Shown one piece after another: positions 26,129 through 36,669 of a stretch of 64,000 nt of DNA. The notes beneath the pieces are model-generated. The model was not told where the DNA came from. It saw only the letters and a list, made by a program, of their open reading frames with translations, and did no database searches. The stretch lies in the NCBI GenBank assembly GCA_963719235.1, contig CAVRBS010000013.1, forward strand, positions 71,708 to 135,707, given 5' to 3'. A program made the translations under genes and the position numbers. The stretch is from an uncultured Bacteroidales bacterium. Its GTDB lineage: Bacteria; Bacteroidota; Bacteroidia; Bacteroidales; VadinHA17. How positions within the stretch are numbered: the stretch's first letter is position 1; every line of letters starts with the position of its first letter.

Positions 26129-27463
26129 CTATTTCGTAATACGTTCGCGTGCCATGCGCATCACCGTGGTCTTGCCCAGCCTGATATAATCGAGCAGCGG
26201 TCTCTTAGCCGGGCATGTATAAGCACATGCCCCACACTCCATGCAGTCAGTGATCTTTTCTTTCTCAGCCTTCTCCCACATTGCCTTCTCCGATGCTGCG
26301 GCCAGCAGATACGGCTCAAGACCCATAGCGCATGCCATTGAGCATTTGCCGCATCTTATACACGGTAACACTTCGCTTCGACGTGCTTCATCAGCCGGGA
26401 AAAGGATTATTCCCGAGGTGCCTTTGGTCACAGGCACATCGGTCATTGCCAGTGCCTTGCCCATCATCGGTCCGCCGTTGACGACCTTGCCGGTGTCTTC
26501 CGGCATTCCTCCTGCAGCCTGAATAAGGCTTGTGACCGGAGTACCTATCCGTACAAGGAAATTACCCGGATTACTGACTGACTTCCCGGTAACGGTAACC
26601 ACCCTCTCAATCAGCGGCTTGTTCTTCTGTACGGCTTCATAAACCGCGAAAGCGGTGCCTACATTCTGAACCACGACGCCCACATCAAGGGGCAGGCCTC
26701 CAGAGGGAACTTCGCGCCCGGTGCATGCTTTGATGAGCTGTTTCTCACCTCCCTGCGGATACTTGACCTTCAGCGGCTGCACCGTGACTCCCTTGAAATC
26801 CTTCGAAAGACCTGTAAGATGATTTATTGCGTCCGGTTTGTTAGCCTCAATTCCTATTATTGCTTTTTCAACTCCCAGTGCCTTCATGATGATGGTTGCA
26901 CCGATAAGCACCTCGGCGCCCTTCTCAAGCATCAGCCTGTGATCAGAGGTCAGATAGGGTTCGCATTCAACACCGTTGATGATGATCAGGTCACATTTCT
27001 TTCCGGCTGGTACAGTCAGCTTGATATGTGTGGGGAAGGTAGCTCCTCCGAGACCTACAAGGCCGCATTGCTGGCATCGTTCAATGATCTGCTCGCGCGT
27101 CATCACGACTTCCTTCACCAGGGTGCTGCTGCGGTCAACGGTGTCAACCCAATCGTCGCCCTCGACATCAATCACCACAGCCATCTGCTTGTACCCGGTG
27201 GTGTCAGTCACAGGCTCAATTTTGTTCACCTTGCCTGATACCGGGGAATGAATGTTTGCAGAAACAAAACCTTTTGCCTGGGCAATGACCTGCCCGGCCT
27301 TTACTGCAGCACCTTTCTCAATCACGACAGCCGCCGGAGCACCTATATGCTGTGAGACAGGCACTGTGACCTGGGCAGGCAATGGCAGCACGACGATGGG
27401 CTTGTCAGCTGTGAGCTTGTTCTCAGGCGGATGAATACCGCCTTTGGGGAATGTCTTGAACAC
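26129..27463 (-). CDS. rnfC: Rnf complex subunit C
   Basis: 444 aa with two 4Fe-4S motifs (CIRCGKC, CMECGAC) and an NADH-binding region. Confidence 0.9.
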   Translation of the reverse strand: MFKTFPKGGIHPPENKLTADKPIVVLPLPAQVTVPVSQHIGAPAAVVIEKGAAVKAGQVIAQAKGFVSANIHSPVSGKVNKIEPVTDTTGYKQMAVVIDVEGDDWVDTVDRSSTLVKEVVMTREQIIERCQQCGLVGLGGATFPTHIKLTVPAGKKCDLIIINGVECEPYLTSDHRLMLEKGAEVLIGATIIMKALGVEKAIIGIEANKPDAINHLTGLSKDFKGVTVQPLKVKYPQGGEKQLIKACTGREVPSGGLPLDVGVVVQNVGTAFAVYEAVQKNKPLIERVVTVTGKSVSNPGNFLVRIGTPVTSLIQAAGGMPEDTGKVVNGGPMMGKALAMTDVPVTKGTSGIILFPADEARRSEVLPCIRCGKCSMACAMGLEPYLLAAASEKAMWEKAEKEKITDCMECGACAYTCPAKRPLLDYIRLGKTTVMRMARERITK

Positions 27464-27497
27464 TGTTATTATTATTTATCTGATTATCAATATATTA

Positions 27498-28362
27498 TTA
27501 AACAGCTTCTGTTACGGCCGGCTCTGCAGGTTTTTCTTCCTTAACAGGGAAATTAATCTCAAGAATAGCACCTGTGGGGCATTCGTTAACACACTTGCGG
27601 CACAGCTTGCATTTGAATGAATCAATAAAAGCGAGGTTGTCGAGCCATTGTGATTGCGTCATAAGGGCAAACCTTAACACACTTCCCGCATCCGATGCAG
27701 GCCACCTTACATGCCTTGCGTGCCGGACCGCCCTTGTCCCTGTTCATGCATGAGACGTATATCTTACGGTCTTTTTTATTCCGTTTGCGCAGCTCTATGA
27801 GGTTACGGGGGCATGCTTTGACACAGGCGCCGCAGGATACACACTTTTCATCAATGATCACCGGCAGCTGGGTCACAGGATCCATGTACATAGCGTCGAA
27901 CTTGCATGCCGTCACACAATCGTCGCAGCCCAGGCATCCGTACTGGCAGCCTGTGGTGCCTCCGTAAAGGGCATGAGCCACCCGGCAGCTGGTTGCGCCG
28001 TCATAATATGATGTACGGGCGCAGTTTTCAGGGGTGCCGTTGCAGCGCAGCACAGCCACTTTAGGCTCTGCCGCCACAGCCTTGCGGCCGAGCATATCAG
28101 CAACTTTTCCCATCGTCTCTGCTCCGCCAACGGGACAGTTGAGACCTTCAAAGGATTCTGATTTCACAAGCGTCTCAGCAAAGGCACGGCAACCCGTATA
28201 GCCGCAGCCACCGCAGTTGGCGCCCGGAAGTAACTCAGTGACCAGATCTATGCGCGGGTCTTCAATGATCCTGAACTTCTGCGCAACAAAATACAGTATC
28301 ACCGCTGATGCCAGACCAAGCGCACTCAGCATGATGACAGTCAACAAAACAATGGAACTCAT
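27498..28362 (-). CDS. rnfB: Rnf complex subunit B (ferredoxin-like; apparent frameshift near 27650)
   Basis: An N-terminal transmembrane helix and multiple CxxCxxCxxxCP clusters. The last cluster (CRKCVNECP) is in ORF 27498..27680. Confidence 0.85.
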
Positions 28363-28365
28363 CTG

Positions 28366-28786
28366 TCAGACCTTTATTTTGAATTCAAACTTTTTTTCAA
28401 TCCTGCTCCTCAGGAGCCAAACGATAAAGTAATAAACTGCCAGGGAGGCAAAAGAGAGGAGTGCTGAACCCAGCTCATCTGCCCCTGCTGCCGTTAAGAC
28501 AATAAATACAGAAATAAGTACAACGAATGGAATAATATAACCGATAGCCAGTGCGCGGAAACCCTGCGACTGCTCCATTTCCACCGTGACTTTATCACCG
28601 GCGATTAAGTTTTGCTTCACTCCTTACATTGATAATCCTGACATCCGTGCTGCCCAGTGAGCAGGCTGATTTTGCATGACATCCGGAGCAGGCGCTTCCG
28701 GTTACGATCTCAACATCAGCAGTGCCATCGCCCGATGCTTTTAAAACTATTCCTTCATGAGTGATTATCTCTCCCTGTGGCATCAC
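28366..28786 (-). CDS. RseC/MucC-like SoxR-reducing-system protein (apparent frameshift near 28600)
   Basis: The N-terminal part reads HEGIVLKASGDGTADVEIVTGSACSGCHAKSAC, followed in another frame by two transmembrane helices. The gene lies directly upstream of rnfB. Confidence 0.65.
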
Positions 28787-28864
28787 GAAATTATTGAACC
28801 GGCAATTTTAAAGAATTGTCCGGAAATAAAACAGAACAATAGTCATTATTTTGTCAGGCAATGA

Positions 28865-28947
28865 GCAATAGGCAATAGGCAGTAGGCAGTAGGCAGTAGA
28901 ATTTCCGGAACCGGTAACTGATAACTGACAACTGATAACTGACAACT
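28865..28947. repeat. Two adjacent word-like tandem repeats (AATAGGCA/GTAGGCA units, then AACTGAT/AACTGAC units)
   Basis: GCAATAGGCAATAGGCAGTAGGCAGTAGGCAGTAG ... GGTAACTGATAACTGACAACTGATAACTGACAACT. Confidence 0.8.
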
Positions 28948-28949
28948 CC

Positions 28950-31067
28950 TCAGCTTATCTCACTCCACGTGAAGCTCTTCCCGAATAGTCTCTTCAGATT
29001 GACCTTCAGCACCTGGTTGTCTTCTCTTTCAAGTTCGGGATCGTCGGCAAGGATCTCCGCGGCGTGTGATCGTGCCAGGTTAAGTATCTGTCCGTCTCTT
29101 CCCAGGTCAGCTATCTTCAGGTCAAAGGCCATGCCGCTCTGCTGCGTCCCCTCCAGGTCGCCCGGGCCGCGCATACGCAGGTCAGCCTCCGCGATCTCAA
29201 AACCGTCGTTAGTGCCAATAATAGTGTTGATACGCTCGGACGCATCGGCAGAGCGCTTATGCGATGTCATGAGTATGCAGAACGACTGATCGGCACCTCG
29301 ACCCACACGGCCTCGAAGCTGGTGAAGCTGTGAGAGCCCGAAACGCTCGGCGCTCTCAATGACCATGACGCTGGCATTGGGTATGTCAAGACCCACCTCA
29401 ATTACCGTTGTGGCAACCATGATCTGCGCCTGGCCCTTGCGGAAGAGATTCATCGATATCTCCTTATCACGTGCAGTCATGCGTCCGTGCACAACACTGA
29501 TGCAATACTGCGGCGGCGGAAAGGCGCGCGCCATGCTCTCAAGCCCATCCTCAAGATCCTTGTAATCAAGTGTCTCAGACTCTTTTATGAGCGGATACAC
29601 GACATATATCTGCCTTCCTTCTTCGATCTGGCGGCGCATGAAACCAAACACCTTCTCGCGTTCAGCGTCGGTGAATGACATTGTTTTTATTGCTTTTCGT
29701 CCCGGGGGCATCTCATCAATGACCGATACATCGAGGTCACCGTACAGCGTCATGGCAAGGGTGCGCGGTATGGGTGTCGCCGTCATCACCAGTACATGCG
29801 GCGGACAGTCGCTCTTCTGCCACAGCTTTGCTCGCTGAGCTACACCAAAACGATGCTGCTCATCTATTATCACCAGGCCAAGGTTTTTATACTTCACGTT
29901 ATCCTCTATCAGGGCATGTGTACCTATCAGGATTGAAATGCTTCCGTCAACCAAACCATGCTCTATGCGGGTCCGCTCGCTGCGCTTCGTCGAACCGGTC
30001 AGCAGGGCTACCCCGGCATCAATGCCGCGGACAAAGTGACTTATCGAATTGAAATGCTGAATGGCAAGCACCTCCGTTGGCGCCATCAGGCAGCTCTGAA
30101 AGCCGTTGTCGGCTCCGATGAGCATGCTCATCAGGGCAACCATGGTCTTACCGCTGCCAACATCGCCCTGCAGCAGCCTGTTCATCTGCCTGCCGCTGCC
30201 AAGATCGGTGCGTATTTCACGTATAACTCTCTTCTGTGCTTCTGTAAGCACAAACGGAAGATTGTTTTTGTAAAATGAATTGAGCCTGTCACCAACGACG
30301 GAAAAGATGAAACCGTGGGTATTTTTTGCCCTGCTGCCCTTGTAGCTTAAAAGGTTGAGCTGGATATAGAACAACTCCTCAAACTTGAGCCTGAAACGGG
30401 CGTTTTCAAGGTCAGTGTTCGAATCCGGGAAGTGGATCCGGAACATAGCATCGGAAAGGCTTATCAGCCTCATCGGTTTCATCAGCGAGGCAGGCATTGT
30501 TTCTGCAAAGCGAAGCGCAGGCTGCGAAAACACTGTTGCCATCAGCTTGGCTATGATCTTTGAGTGAAGGAAGTGATCCTTCATCTTTTCGGTGGTGGTG
30601 TACTGCGCCTCGAGGGCTGAACTGACCCTGGTGGCCTTCTTCTCCGCCTCTTCGATCTCAGGATGAACTATGTTGAAGGCGCCGCTGAACAGCGTGGGTT
30701 TCCCGTAGATAATATATTCCTTTTCAACTTTATATGCATTCAGCACCCACTTCTGTCCCTTGAACCATACGAGCCTGACCATGCCCGTATCGTCATAAAA
30801 ATCAGCGGTCAGACGCTTTGCTGATCCTCCGCCCTCGGTCGAGAAACGGCGTATTTTTCCTTTTATCTGAACATACTGCATGTCGGTGTCAAGCTCGCTG
30901 ACAGTGTAAAAGCGTGTCTTGTCAACATACTTGTACGGAAAATAATAAACAAGGTCCCTGAAAGTATGGATATTTGCCTCCGCTGCCAGCAGCTCGGCCC
31001 TTTTGGGCCCCACCCCCGGAAGATATTTTATCTCTGTATCAAGCAGTTCAGACATCAGTTCAAACAA
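28950..31067 (-). CDS. recG: ATP-dependent DNA helicase RecG
   Basis: 705 aa with GDVGSGKT (Walker A) and DEQHRFG motifs plus a wedge and OB-fold N-terminus. Confidence 0.9.
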   Translation of the reverse strand: MFELMSELLDTEIKYLPGVGPKRAELLAAEANIHTFRDLVYYFPYKYVDKTRFYTVSELDTDMQYVQIKGKIRRFSTEGGGSAKRLTADFYDDTGMVRLVWFKGQKWVLNAYKVEKEYIIYGKPTLFSGAFNIVHPEIEEAEKKATRVSSALEAQYTTTEKMKDHFLHSKIIAKLMATVFSQPALRFAETMPASLMKPMRLISLSDAMFRIHFPDSNTDLENARFRLKFEELFYIQLNLLSYKGSRAKNTHGFIFSVVGDRLNSFYKNNLPFVLTEAQKRVIREIRTDLGSGRQMNRLLQGDVGSGKTMVALMSMLIGADNGFQSCLMAPTEVLAIQHFNSISHFVRGIDAGVALLTGSTKRSERTRIEHGLVDGSISILIGTHALIEDNVKYKNLGLVIIDEQHRFGVAQRAKLWQKSDCPPHVLVMTATPIPRTLAMTLYGDLDVSVIDEMPPGRKAIKTMSFTDAEREKVFGFMRRQIEEGRQIYVVYPLIKESETLDYKDLEDGLESMARAFPPPQYCISVVHGRMTARDKEISMNLFRKGQAQIMVATTVIEVGLDIPNASVMVIESAERFGLSQLHQLRGRVGRGADQSFCILMTSHKRSADASERINTIIGTNDGFEIAEADLRMRGPGDLEGTQQSGMAFDLKIADLGRDGQILNLARSHAAEILADDPELEREDNQVLKVNLKRLFGKSFTWSEIS

Positions 31068-31127
31068 AAAAGATACTCACCGAAAATACTTAAATTTGGG
31101 CTGCTTTCAAATTACCTGTCTGAAGAA

Positions 31128-31982
31128 ATGAACTTATACCCGGCAGCCGCATATCTCAGGCACCTCCTTGCTGCCCGCAGTACTGCAGGTCACGGAGTTC
31201 ACAGTCCATACGTTTATGATTTCCTGACAAAAGTGGTCAGGAACAAGACAGATATGAAGATCGTCAGTAAGGTTGAAGGCCTGCGCCGTGAGATGCTCTC
31301 TGACAAGCGAAGGATTATGGTGACGGATCTCGGTGCAGGTTCTGTGACCAAAGCAGGAGGGGAGCGAAGTGTGGCTGAGATAGCCGGATCTGCCGCATTA
31401 CCGGCAAAGGAAACGAGGTTGCTGGCGAGGATGGTCCAGGGTGCAGGGTACAGGGTACAAGGCTCTTGGTCCAATGTGCAGATGAGTGCTGCTCAGGGGC
31501 GGCACATAATTGAACCGGAGAGCATCATACTGGAGTTGGGCACGTCTCTAGGTATCAGTACACTGGCGCTGGCACTGGCAGCGCCGGAGAGAAGGGTGAT
31601 AACGGTGGAGGGATGCCCCGTAACGGCTGCAATAGCCCGTGAAAACCTTCAGAGATACGATGCATCCAATGCGGAAGTAGTGAATGCAGACTTCAGTGAA
31701 GCTCTTGAGAGGCTGAGAAACGATGGTCTGAATGTCTCCTTCGCATTCATCGACGGCAATCACAGAGGAGCGGCTCTGACTGAATATGTCTCAAAGATCG
31801 CTGCTATGGGAGATGAGATGACCATTGTGGCTGATGATGTCCACCTGACAAAAGAAATGTTCCAGGCATGGAAGTCCCTGGCAGCATCAGGAATTGCTCC
31901 GGTCACCATTGAGACACTGCGCCTCGGTATATTTTTCATGAAGCACAGCATTACGCCGGGCAGATACCGGATCAGGTATTAA
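31128..31982 (+). CDS. Class I SAM-dependent methyltransferase (O-methyltransferase-like)
   Basis: Start taken at MNLYPAAAYL. Contains an ILELGTSLGIST SAM-binding motif and an in-frame repeat-derived insertion at about 31431-31475. Confidence 0.65.
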   Translation: MNLYPAAAYLRHLLAARSTAGHGVHSPYVYDFLTKVVRNKTDMKIVSKVEGLRREMLSDKRRIMVTDLGAGSVTKAGGERSVAEIAGSAALPAKETRLLARMVQGAGYRVQGSWSNVQMSAAQGRHIIEPESIILELGTSLGISTLALALAAPERRVITVEGCPVTAAIARENLQRYDASNAEVVNADFSEALERLRNDGLNVSFAFIDGNHRGAALTEYVSKIAAMGDEMTIVADDVHLTKEMFQAWKSLAASGIAPVTIETLRLGIFFMKHSITPGRYRIRY

Positions 31983-32059
31983 CAAAAAATAACAGGACCA
32001 TAACATATTTATAGAGTAATTTGAACTAATTTCGGAACTTTAACAACACAGGCATAGAT

Positions 32060-32764
32060 ATGGTCATAGAGATACACGATATTGTAAAGAATTACCAGGT
32101 CGGAACGGTTATAGTACGTGCTCTCCGCTCGGTATCACTCACTATCAACAGGAACGAGTATGTAGCCATCATGGGCCCGTCAGGATCAGGCAAGTCAACG
32201 CTGATGAACATCCTGGGTTGCCTCGATACACCTACCAAAGGACAGTACATTCTTAACGGAACCGACGTCAGCAAGATGGAAGATGACCGTCTTGCAGAGA
32301 TACGTAACAAGGAAATCGGCTTCGTATTCCAGACCTTTAACCTGCTGCCGCGTTATTCAGCCCTTGAGAACGTGACACTGCCTCTTATCTATGCCGGCAT
32401 ACCGCGCCATGAAAGGGAAGAGCATGCAAAAGTCACACTTGATGAGGTCGGACTGGCTGACAGGATGACCCACAAGCCCAATGAGCTGTCCGGCGGACAG
32501 CGGCAGAGAGTGGCCATTGCCAGGGCCCTGGTCAACAAACCTTCAATAATTCTTGCCGATGAGCCTACCGGTAACCTTGACAGCAAGACATCATTTGACA
32601 TCATGGGACTGCTAGATAAGATCCATGAACTGGGAAACACGGTCATCGTTGTGACTCACGAAGAGGATATCGCACGCCACGCTCATCGCATAATCAAGCT
32701 TATGGACGGCGAGGTTTCAAATGATTACATCAACGAGAACCGGATTGAAGTGAGGCTTAAATAG
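32060..32764 (+). CDS. ABC transporter ATP-binding protein (MacB/LolD-like)
   Basis: 234 aa with GPSGSGKST (Walker A), [14 protein letters not shown] (signature) and [11 protein letters not shown] (Walker B). Confidence 0.9.
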   Translation: MVIEIHDIVKNYQVGTVIVRALRSVSLTINRNEYVAIMGPSGSGKSTLMNILGCLDTPTKGQYILNGTDVSKMEDDRLAEIRNKEIGFVFQTFNLLPRYSALENVTLPLIYAGIPRHEREEHAKVTLDEVGLADRMTHKPNELSGGQRQRVAIARALVNKPSIILADEPTGNLDSKTSFDIMGLLDKIHELGNTVIVVTHEEDIARHAHRIIKLMDGEVSNDYINENRIEVRLK

Positions 32765-32784
32765 ATATACTTCATTTCCAGCAG

Positions 32785-33336
32785 ATGAAGATATATACTA
32801 AAACCGGAGACAGGGGAGAGACCTCTATCATAGGCGGCAAGAGGCTTCCGAAACATCATCCCCGTATTGAAGCCTATGGCACAGTTGATGAGCTCATTGC
32901 ATGGATAGGATTGCTGCGCAGCGCTGATCAGCAATGTGTCAGCCATGAAGAACTCATCACAATACAATCTGCACTCATGACGTGCTGCTCTGTCATTGCA
33001 ACAGACCCTTCGGCAAAAGAACCCGTTAACATAACCGCCTCTGACACATCAGTGCTGGAGCGCTCAATAGACGCCATGGAAGCCCGGCTGCCGGTACTTA
33101 ATTCATTTATACTCCCGGGAGGACATCCTCATACAGCAAATTGTAATATTGCAAGATGTGTGTGCCGGCGGGCGGAAAGAGCCCTCCTTCGCCTTGATAA
33201 AGAAGAAAAAGTGGACCGGGAAATCATCAAATACCTTAACCGTCTCTCCGATTATCTCTTCGTACTGACACGGTGTCTGAGCTATGATGCTGGCATTGAA
33301 GAGATTAAGTGGCTTCCGGATAAAAAGGCGAAATAA
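32785..33336 (+). CDS. ATP:cob(I)alamin adenosyltransferase, PduO type
   Basis: 183 aa with the MKIYTKTGDRGETS N-terminus typical of the family. Confidence 0.85.
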   Translation: MKIYTKTGDRGETSIIGGKRLPKHHPRIEAYGTVDELIAWIGLLRSADQQCVSHEELITIQSALMTCCSVIATDPSAKEPVNITASDTSVLERSIDAMEARLPVLNSFILPGGHPHTANCNIARCVCRRAERALLRLDKEEKVDREIIKYLNRLSDYLFVLTRCLSYDAGIEEIKWLPDKKAK

Positions 33337-33425
33337 GCGATAAAAAAGTCAGGCCACTCTTTTTTTATTCTAAATAATTTTATATTTGCGGACTTTAAGG
33401 AAGGTAACAAGAATCTTTCAAAAAA

Positions 33426-33647
33426 ATGTATTGGACACTTGAATTAGCGTCAAAACTTGAAGATGCTCCCTGGCCAGCAACCAAGGATGAGCTCATTGAC
33501 TATGCAATACGGTCAGGTGCCCCTATGGAAGTCATAGAAAACCTGCAGGAGATAGAAGACGAAGGTGATATTTACGAGGGTATTGAAGATATCTGGCCTG
33601 ACTATCCATCAAAAGAAGACTTTTTCTTTAACGAAGACGAGTACTAA
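33426..33647 (+). CDS. DUF2795-like small acidic protein
   Basis: 73 aa with a WPATKDELIDYA pattern. Confidence 0.5.
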   Translation: MYWTLELASKLEDAPWPATKDELIDYAIRSGAPMEVIENLQEIEDEGDIYEGIEDIWPDYPSKEDFFFNEDEY

Positions 33648-33790
33648 AAGTTCGGAGTGACTAAAGTTCGGAGTGAACTAAAGTTGCCTTTCTCCTGCTC
33701 GCTTTAGTCACTTTAGCTCACTTTAGCTCACTTTAGCTCACTTTAGCTCACTTTAGCTCACTTTAGCTCACTTTAGTTCACTTTAGTCAC
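33644..33790. repeat. Inverted block of tandem repeats (about 9 x CTTTAGCTCA units opposite 2 x AAAGTTCGGAGTGA(A)CT units) between convergent genes
   Basis: The tandem 10-mers run from 33702 to 33790. The left arm contains the reverse complement GTGACTAAAG. The last codons and stop of the 33773..35317 ORF lie inside the repeat. Confidence 0.85.
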
Positions 33791-35317
33791 TTCTCTCAGC
33801 GGCCGCAAATCGGGTAACCATCTGAACCCGGCAAGCCTCATTTCACTGTCCGGCTTTTCCAGCGGAGGGTTAAGCGTGCCGTCGGGACTCTGGTTCTGGT
33901 ATATCTCGGCTATCTTACCGTCTTCGAGCAAGATCTCTATACTGGCGCTCTTGGCCCTGTTCACACCCACGAGTTCTTTTTTGTCAACGACATAATAGAT
34001 AGCTTCACCGTTGCCTGTTACCTTGATACGGCGCAGCTTATTGTCAACAAAGTATCCTGACAGGTTCTTTCCGCTGATCTGGTCAAAGCGGGCAGTATCT
34101 ATCGAGCTGACCACGAAGGCTGAATTATAGAGCTCCATATGATCTGCTTTGCGGTCTTTTGTGAACAGGGCGATGGAGTCTGATGACAGCTGGCTCTCAC
34201 GCGACCATACAACAGGGTCATCATACATCCTGATGACAGAGTCCATGAAAGAGTAAGACAGTGAGTCGCATCGTCCCTGAATCTCACTGCTGAATATGGT
34301 ACAGCCGTAATATGCCTTCAGCAATCTGTGATCTGTACCGAGGGTGTCTGTCTGCGGCAGCGCTCTGAGGGTGTCGGCCCGGAGTGTGAGGGTGTCATCA
34401 TCAGAGAACATTGTAAACCATGGAGCATGTGTAAGAATAAACTTTTCAGGACGCTTCAGGTACCAGGCATAACCTCCTCCGCAAATTACTTTGTCGGACG
34501 TGTCAGCTATGGCCACGTTGCCGAAGCCTTCACCCTGTCCTTTTTTCTCATCATACCATAGTGTATCACCTGTGATACGCTGCTGACGGTTGTCAATCAC
34601 AGCATTTTTCATCAGCTGTGAGATATCTTTTCTCGTATCGCTCCACCCTCTCTCACAGAAAAGGTAGATACTGTCACCTACGGCTTCTGTCGGCCCCTCA
34701 AACCAAACGATCTCATTGTACGTGTCATAACGCATCGTGTCGGCACGCATTATGAAATCAGGATTGACAATCTTCACACTGTCACGGAAGTGCAGCATTT
34801 TTCTGTCGGCATAGTAAGTCCCAATGATACTGGTTAGTGTGTTTTCACCGTTGAGAATGCGTCCGCCGTCATCATAAACTGCTATTTGTGTATTGGTATC
34901 ATAATCAATTTTGTTGGTGAACAGACGCGTCTCCTTATCAGCAAGTTCCACACTGTCAGTAATTACAGCCTTTCCGGTGTCACCATCATAAAAAAGGTAG
35001 TTACCCCATATTTGTATTGTGTCGCCCTGTCTTATATGGATGTTGCTGAAAGCATTAACCTGGTTGGTGTCATCATAATACACAGCGCTGTCGCATGTCA
35101 TGTAAAGGTCATTATGTTTCAGGCTGACGTTTCCGTTGAGCTTGTTGCGCGACCGGTCATTCATGCGGCCGTATTGCATTTCATCTGAATGAAGTATCTC
35201 AACCCTGCGTCGTGCCGGACCATTCTGCGCAGCAGACTGCAGCGGAAGAAGAGAGAAGATTAGAGGTAAAAGGAAGCAAAGATCTCTCCGGGTTATTATT
35301 TGACCTATTCGAGCCAT
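33773..35317 (-). CDS. OstA/LptD N-terminal-like domain protein
   Basis: 514 aa with a signal peptide and repeated OstA-like beta-jellyroll sequence patterns. It lies upstream of surA-like genes. Confidence 0.55.
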   Translation of the reverse strand: MARIGQIITRRDLCFLLPLIFSLLPLQSAAQNGPARRRVEILHSDEMQYGRMNDRSRNKLNGNVSLKHNDLYMTCDSAVYYDDTNQVNAFSNIHIRQGDTIQIWGNYLFYDGDTGKAVITDSVELADKETRLFTNKIDYDTNTQIAVYDDGGRILNGENTLTSIIGTYYADRKMLHFRDSVKIVNPDFIMRADTMRYDTYNEIVWFEGPTEAVGDSIYLFCERGWSDTRKDISQLMKNAVIDNRQQRITGDTLWYDEKKGQGEGFGNVAIADTSDKVICGGGYAWYLKRPEKFILTHAPWFTMFSDDDTLTLRADTLRALPQTDTLGTDHRLLKAYYGCTIFSSEIQGRCDSLSYSFMDSVIRMYDDPVVWSRESQLSSDSIALFTKDRKADHMELYNSAFVVSSIDTARFDQISGKNLSGYFVDNKLRRIKVTGNGEAIYYVVDKKELVGVNRAKSASIEILLEDGKIAEIYQNQSPDGTLNPPLEKPDSEMRLAGFRWLPDLRPLREVTKVN

Positions 35318-36654
35318 CCGGTATAATGAAAGCCGCAGCCGCGGAAATCATCACTGACACGAATATATGTCTTCTTAATCTTTCCAGTGATCCAGTCCTC
35401 ATATGCCCGGTTCTTCTTGTCCATCAAAGCAGCTTCTGACAGGTAATTGTAATCTTCCTTCGGATTGACCCTGTGGGGTGCAACTTCGTCATCAAGCATT
35501 ACGATGACATAAACGCTGTTTCCCTTGGCATCAGCGGTACGGAAAGGCTCTGAGATCTCTCCCAGCTTCATGTTACGTACAACCAGGTTGATCTCACGAG
35601 GCAGCTCATCAAGGGTGAACCAGGTTACACGGTCTGATGGATTCTCCTGCACCATCTTGCCGCCGTTAGCCCTGGTAGTCTTATCAGATGAGTATCTTAA
35701 AGCAGCCTTGTAGAAGGTAAGACTGTCTATGCGAACAAGATTGGCTATGCTGTCGAGTCTCAGGATGGCCCATTCGGTCTGTTCCGGCGAAAGCTTCGGT
35801 CTCATGAGTATATGCCGTGTGTTGACCATCTCGCCCTTTCGGTCAATGAGCTGTATGATATGGAACCCGAATTCTGACTCAACAATTTTGGAGACAGCAC
35901 CTTTTTTCAGACTCCAGGCTGCCTCGGCGTATGGTTTTGTCACCTCGCCTCTTGTGACATACCCTAACTCTCCTCCTTTAGGAGCTGTACCGGGGTCTTC
36001 TGAGTACAGCACTGCCAGCGTACTGAAGCTCTCGCCGCCAATAATGCGGCTGCGAAGATCGAGAAGGCGCTGACGCACCTCAGCCTTGCTCGATTCCATG
36101 TCAGGAGGCTCAACGGAGATGATGCTGAGCTGTACCTTCCTGGGAACCAGTGGCAGGGAGTCTTTTGACATACTGTTATAGTATTTTTTTATCTCATCAG
36201 GGGTCACGGTGATATTCTGCGCTATCGTTCCCTGTGTCTCCTGTACGATATACTGGTTCGTCAGCATCTCTCGCAGGTCTTGCTTTATCTCAGCCATGCT
36301 CTTGCTGAAGTAGTTCTCAAGAGCCTGCTCTGATCCGGCACGGCGTATATATTCCGCAAGCCTGTTGTTCAGATCGGCCTCAACATTGTCAGGTGACACC
36401 TCAATGGAGTCTATTTTCGCCTGGTCAAGAAAAAGCTTCTGGATCATCAGATCTTCCAGAACGCGGCAGCGAAGCTCCTCGACAGGAGTAGGGTCCCTCT
36501 CAGCTTTCATCTGCATCACCTGACCCTCAACATCAGAGAAAAAGATGACCTCATTTCCTACTACAGCCACAATCGATTCAACAACCTGCTGTCCGGAAGC
36601 GCTGTACCCTGCTAGCATCAACAGCGCATTTAATATGATAATTTTGATTTTCAT
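35305..36654 (-). CDS. surA: SurA-like peptidyl-prolyl cis-trans isomerase (parvulin domains)
   Basis: 449 aa with a signal peptide and a parvulin motif (FGFHIIQL). Confidence 0.75.
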   Translation of the reverse strand: MKIKIIILNALLMLAGYSASGQQVVESIVAVVGNEVIFFSDVEGQVMQMKAERDPTPVEELRCRVLEDLMIQKLFLDQAKIDSIEVSPDNVEADLNNRLAEYIRRAGSEQALENYFSKSMAEIKQDLREMLTNQYIVQETQGTIAQNITVTPDEIKKYYNSMSKDSLPLVPRKVQLSIISVEPPDMESSKAEVRQRLLDLRSRIIGGESFSTLAVLYSEDPGTAPKGGELGYVTRGEVTKPYAEAAWSLKKGAVSKIVESEFGFHIIQLIDRKGEMVNTRHILMRPKLSPEQTEWAILRLDSIANLVRIDSLTFYKAALRYSSDKTTRANGGKMVQENPSDRVTWFTLDELPREINLVVRNMKLGEISEPFRTADAKGNSVYVIVMLDDEVAPHRVNPKEDYNYLSEAALMDKKNRAYEDWITGKIKKTYIRVSDDFRGCGFHYTGWLE

Positions 36655-36669
36655 GCCTGGAATTCGTCC

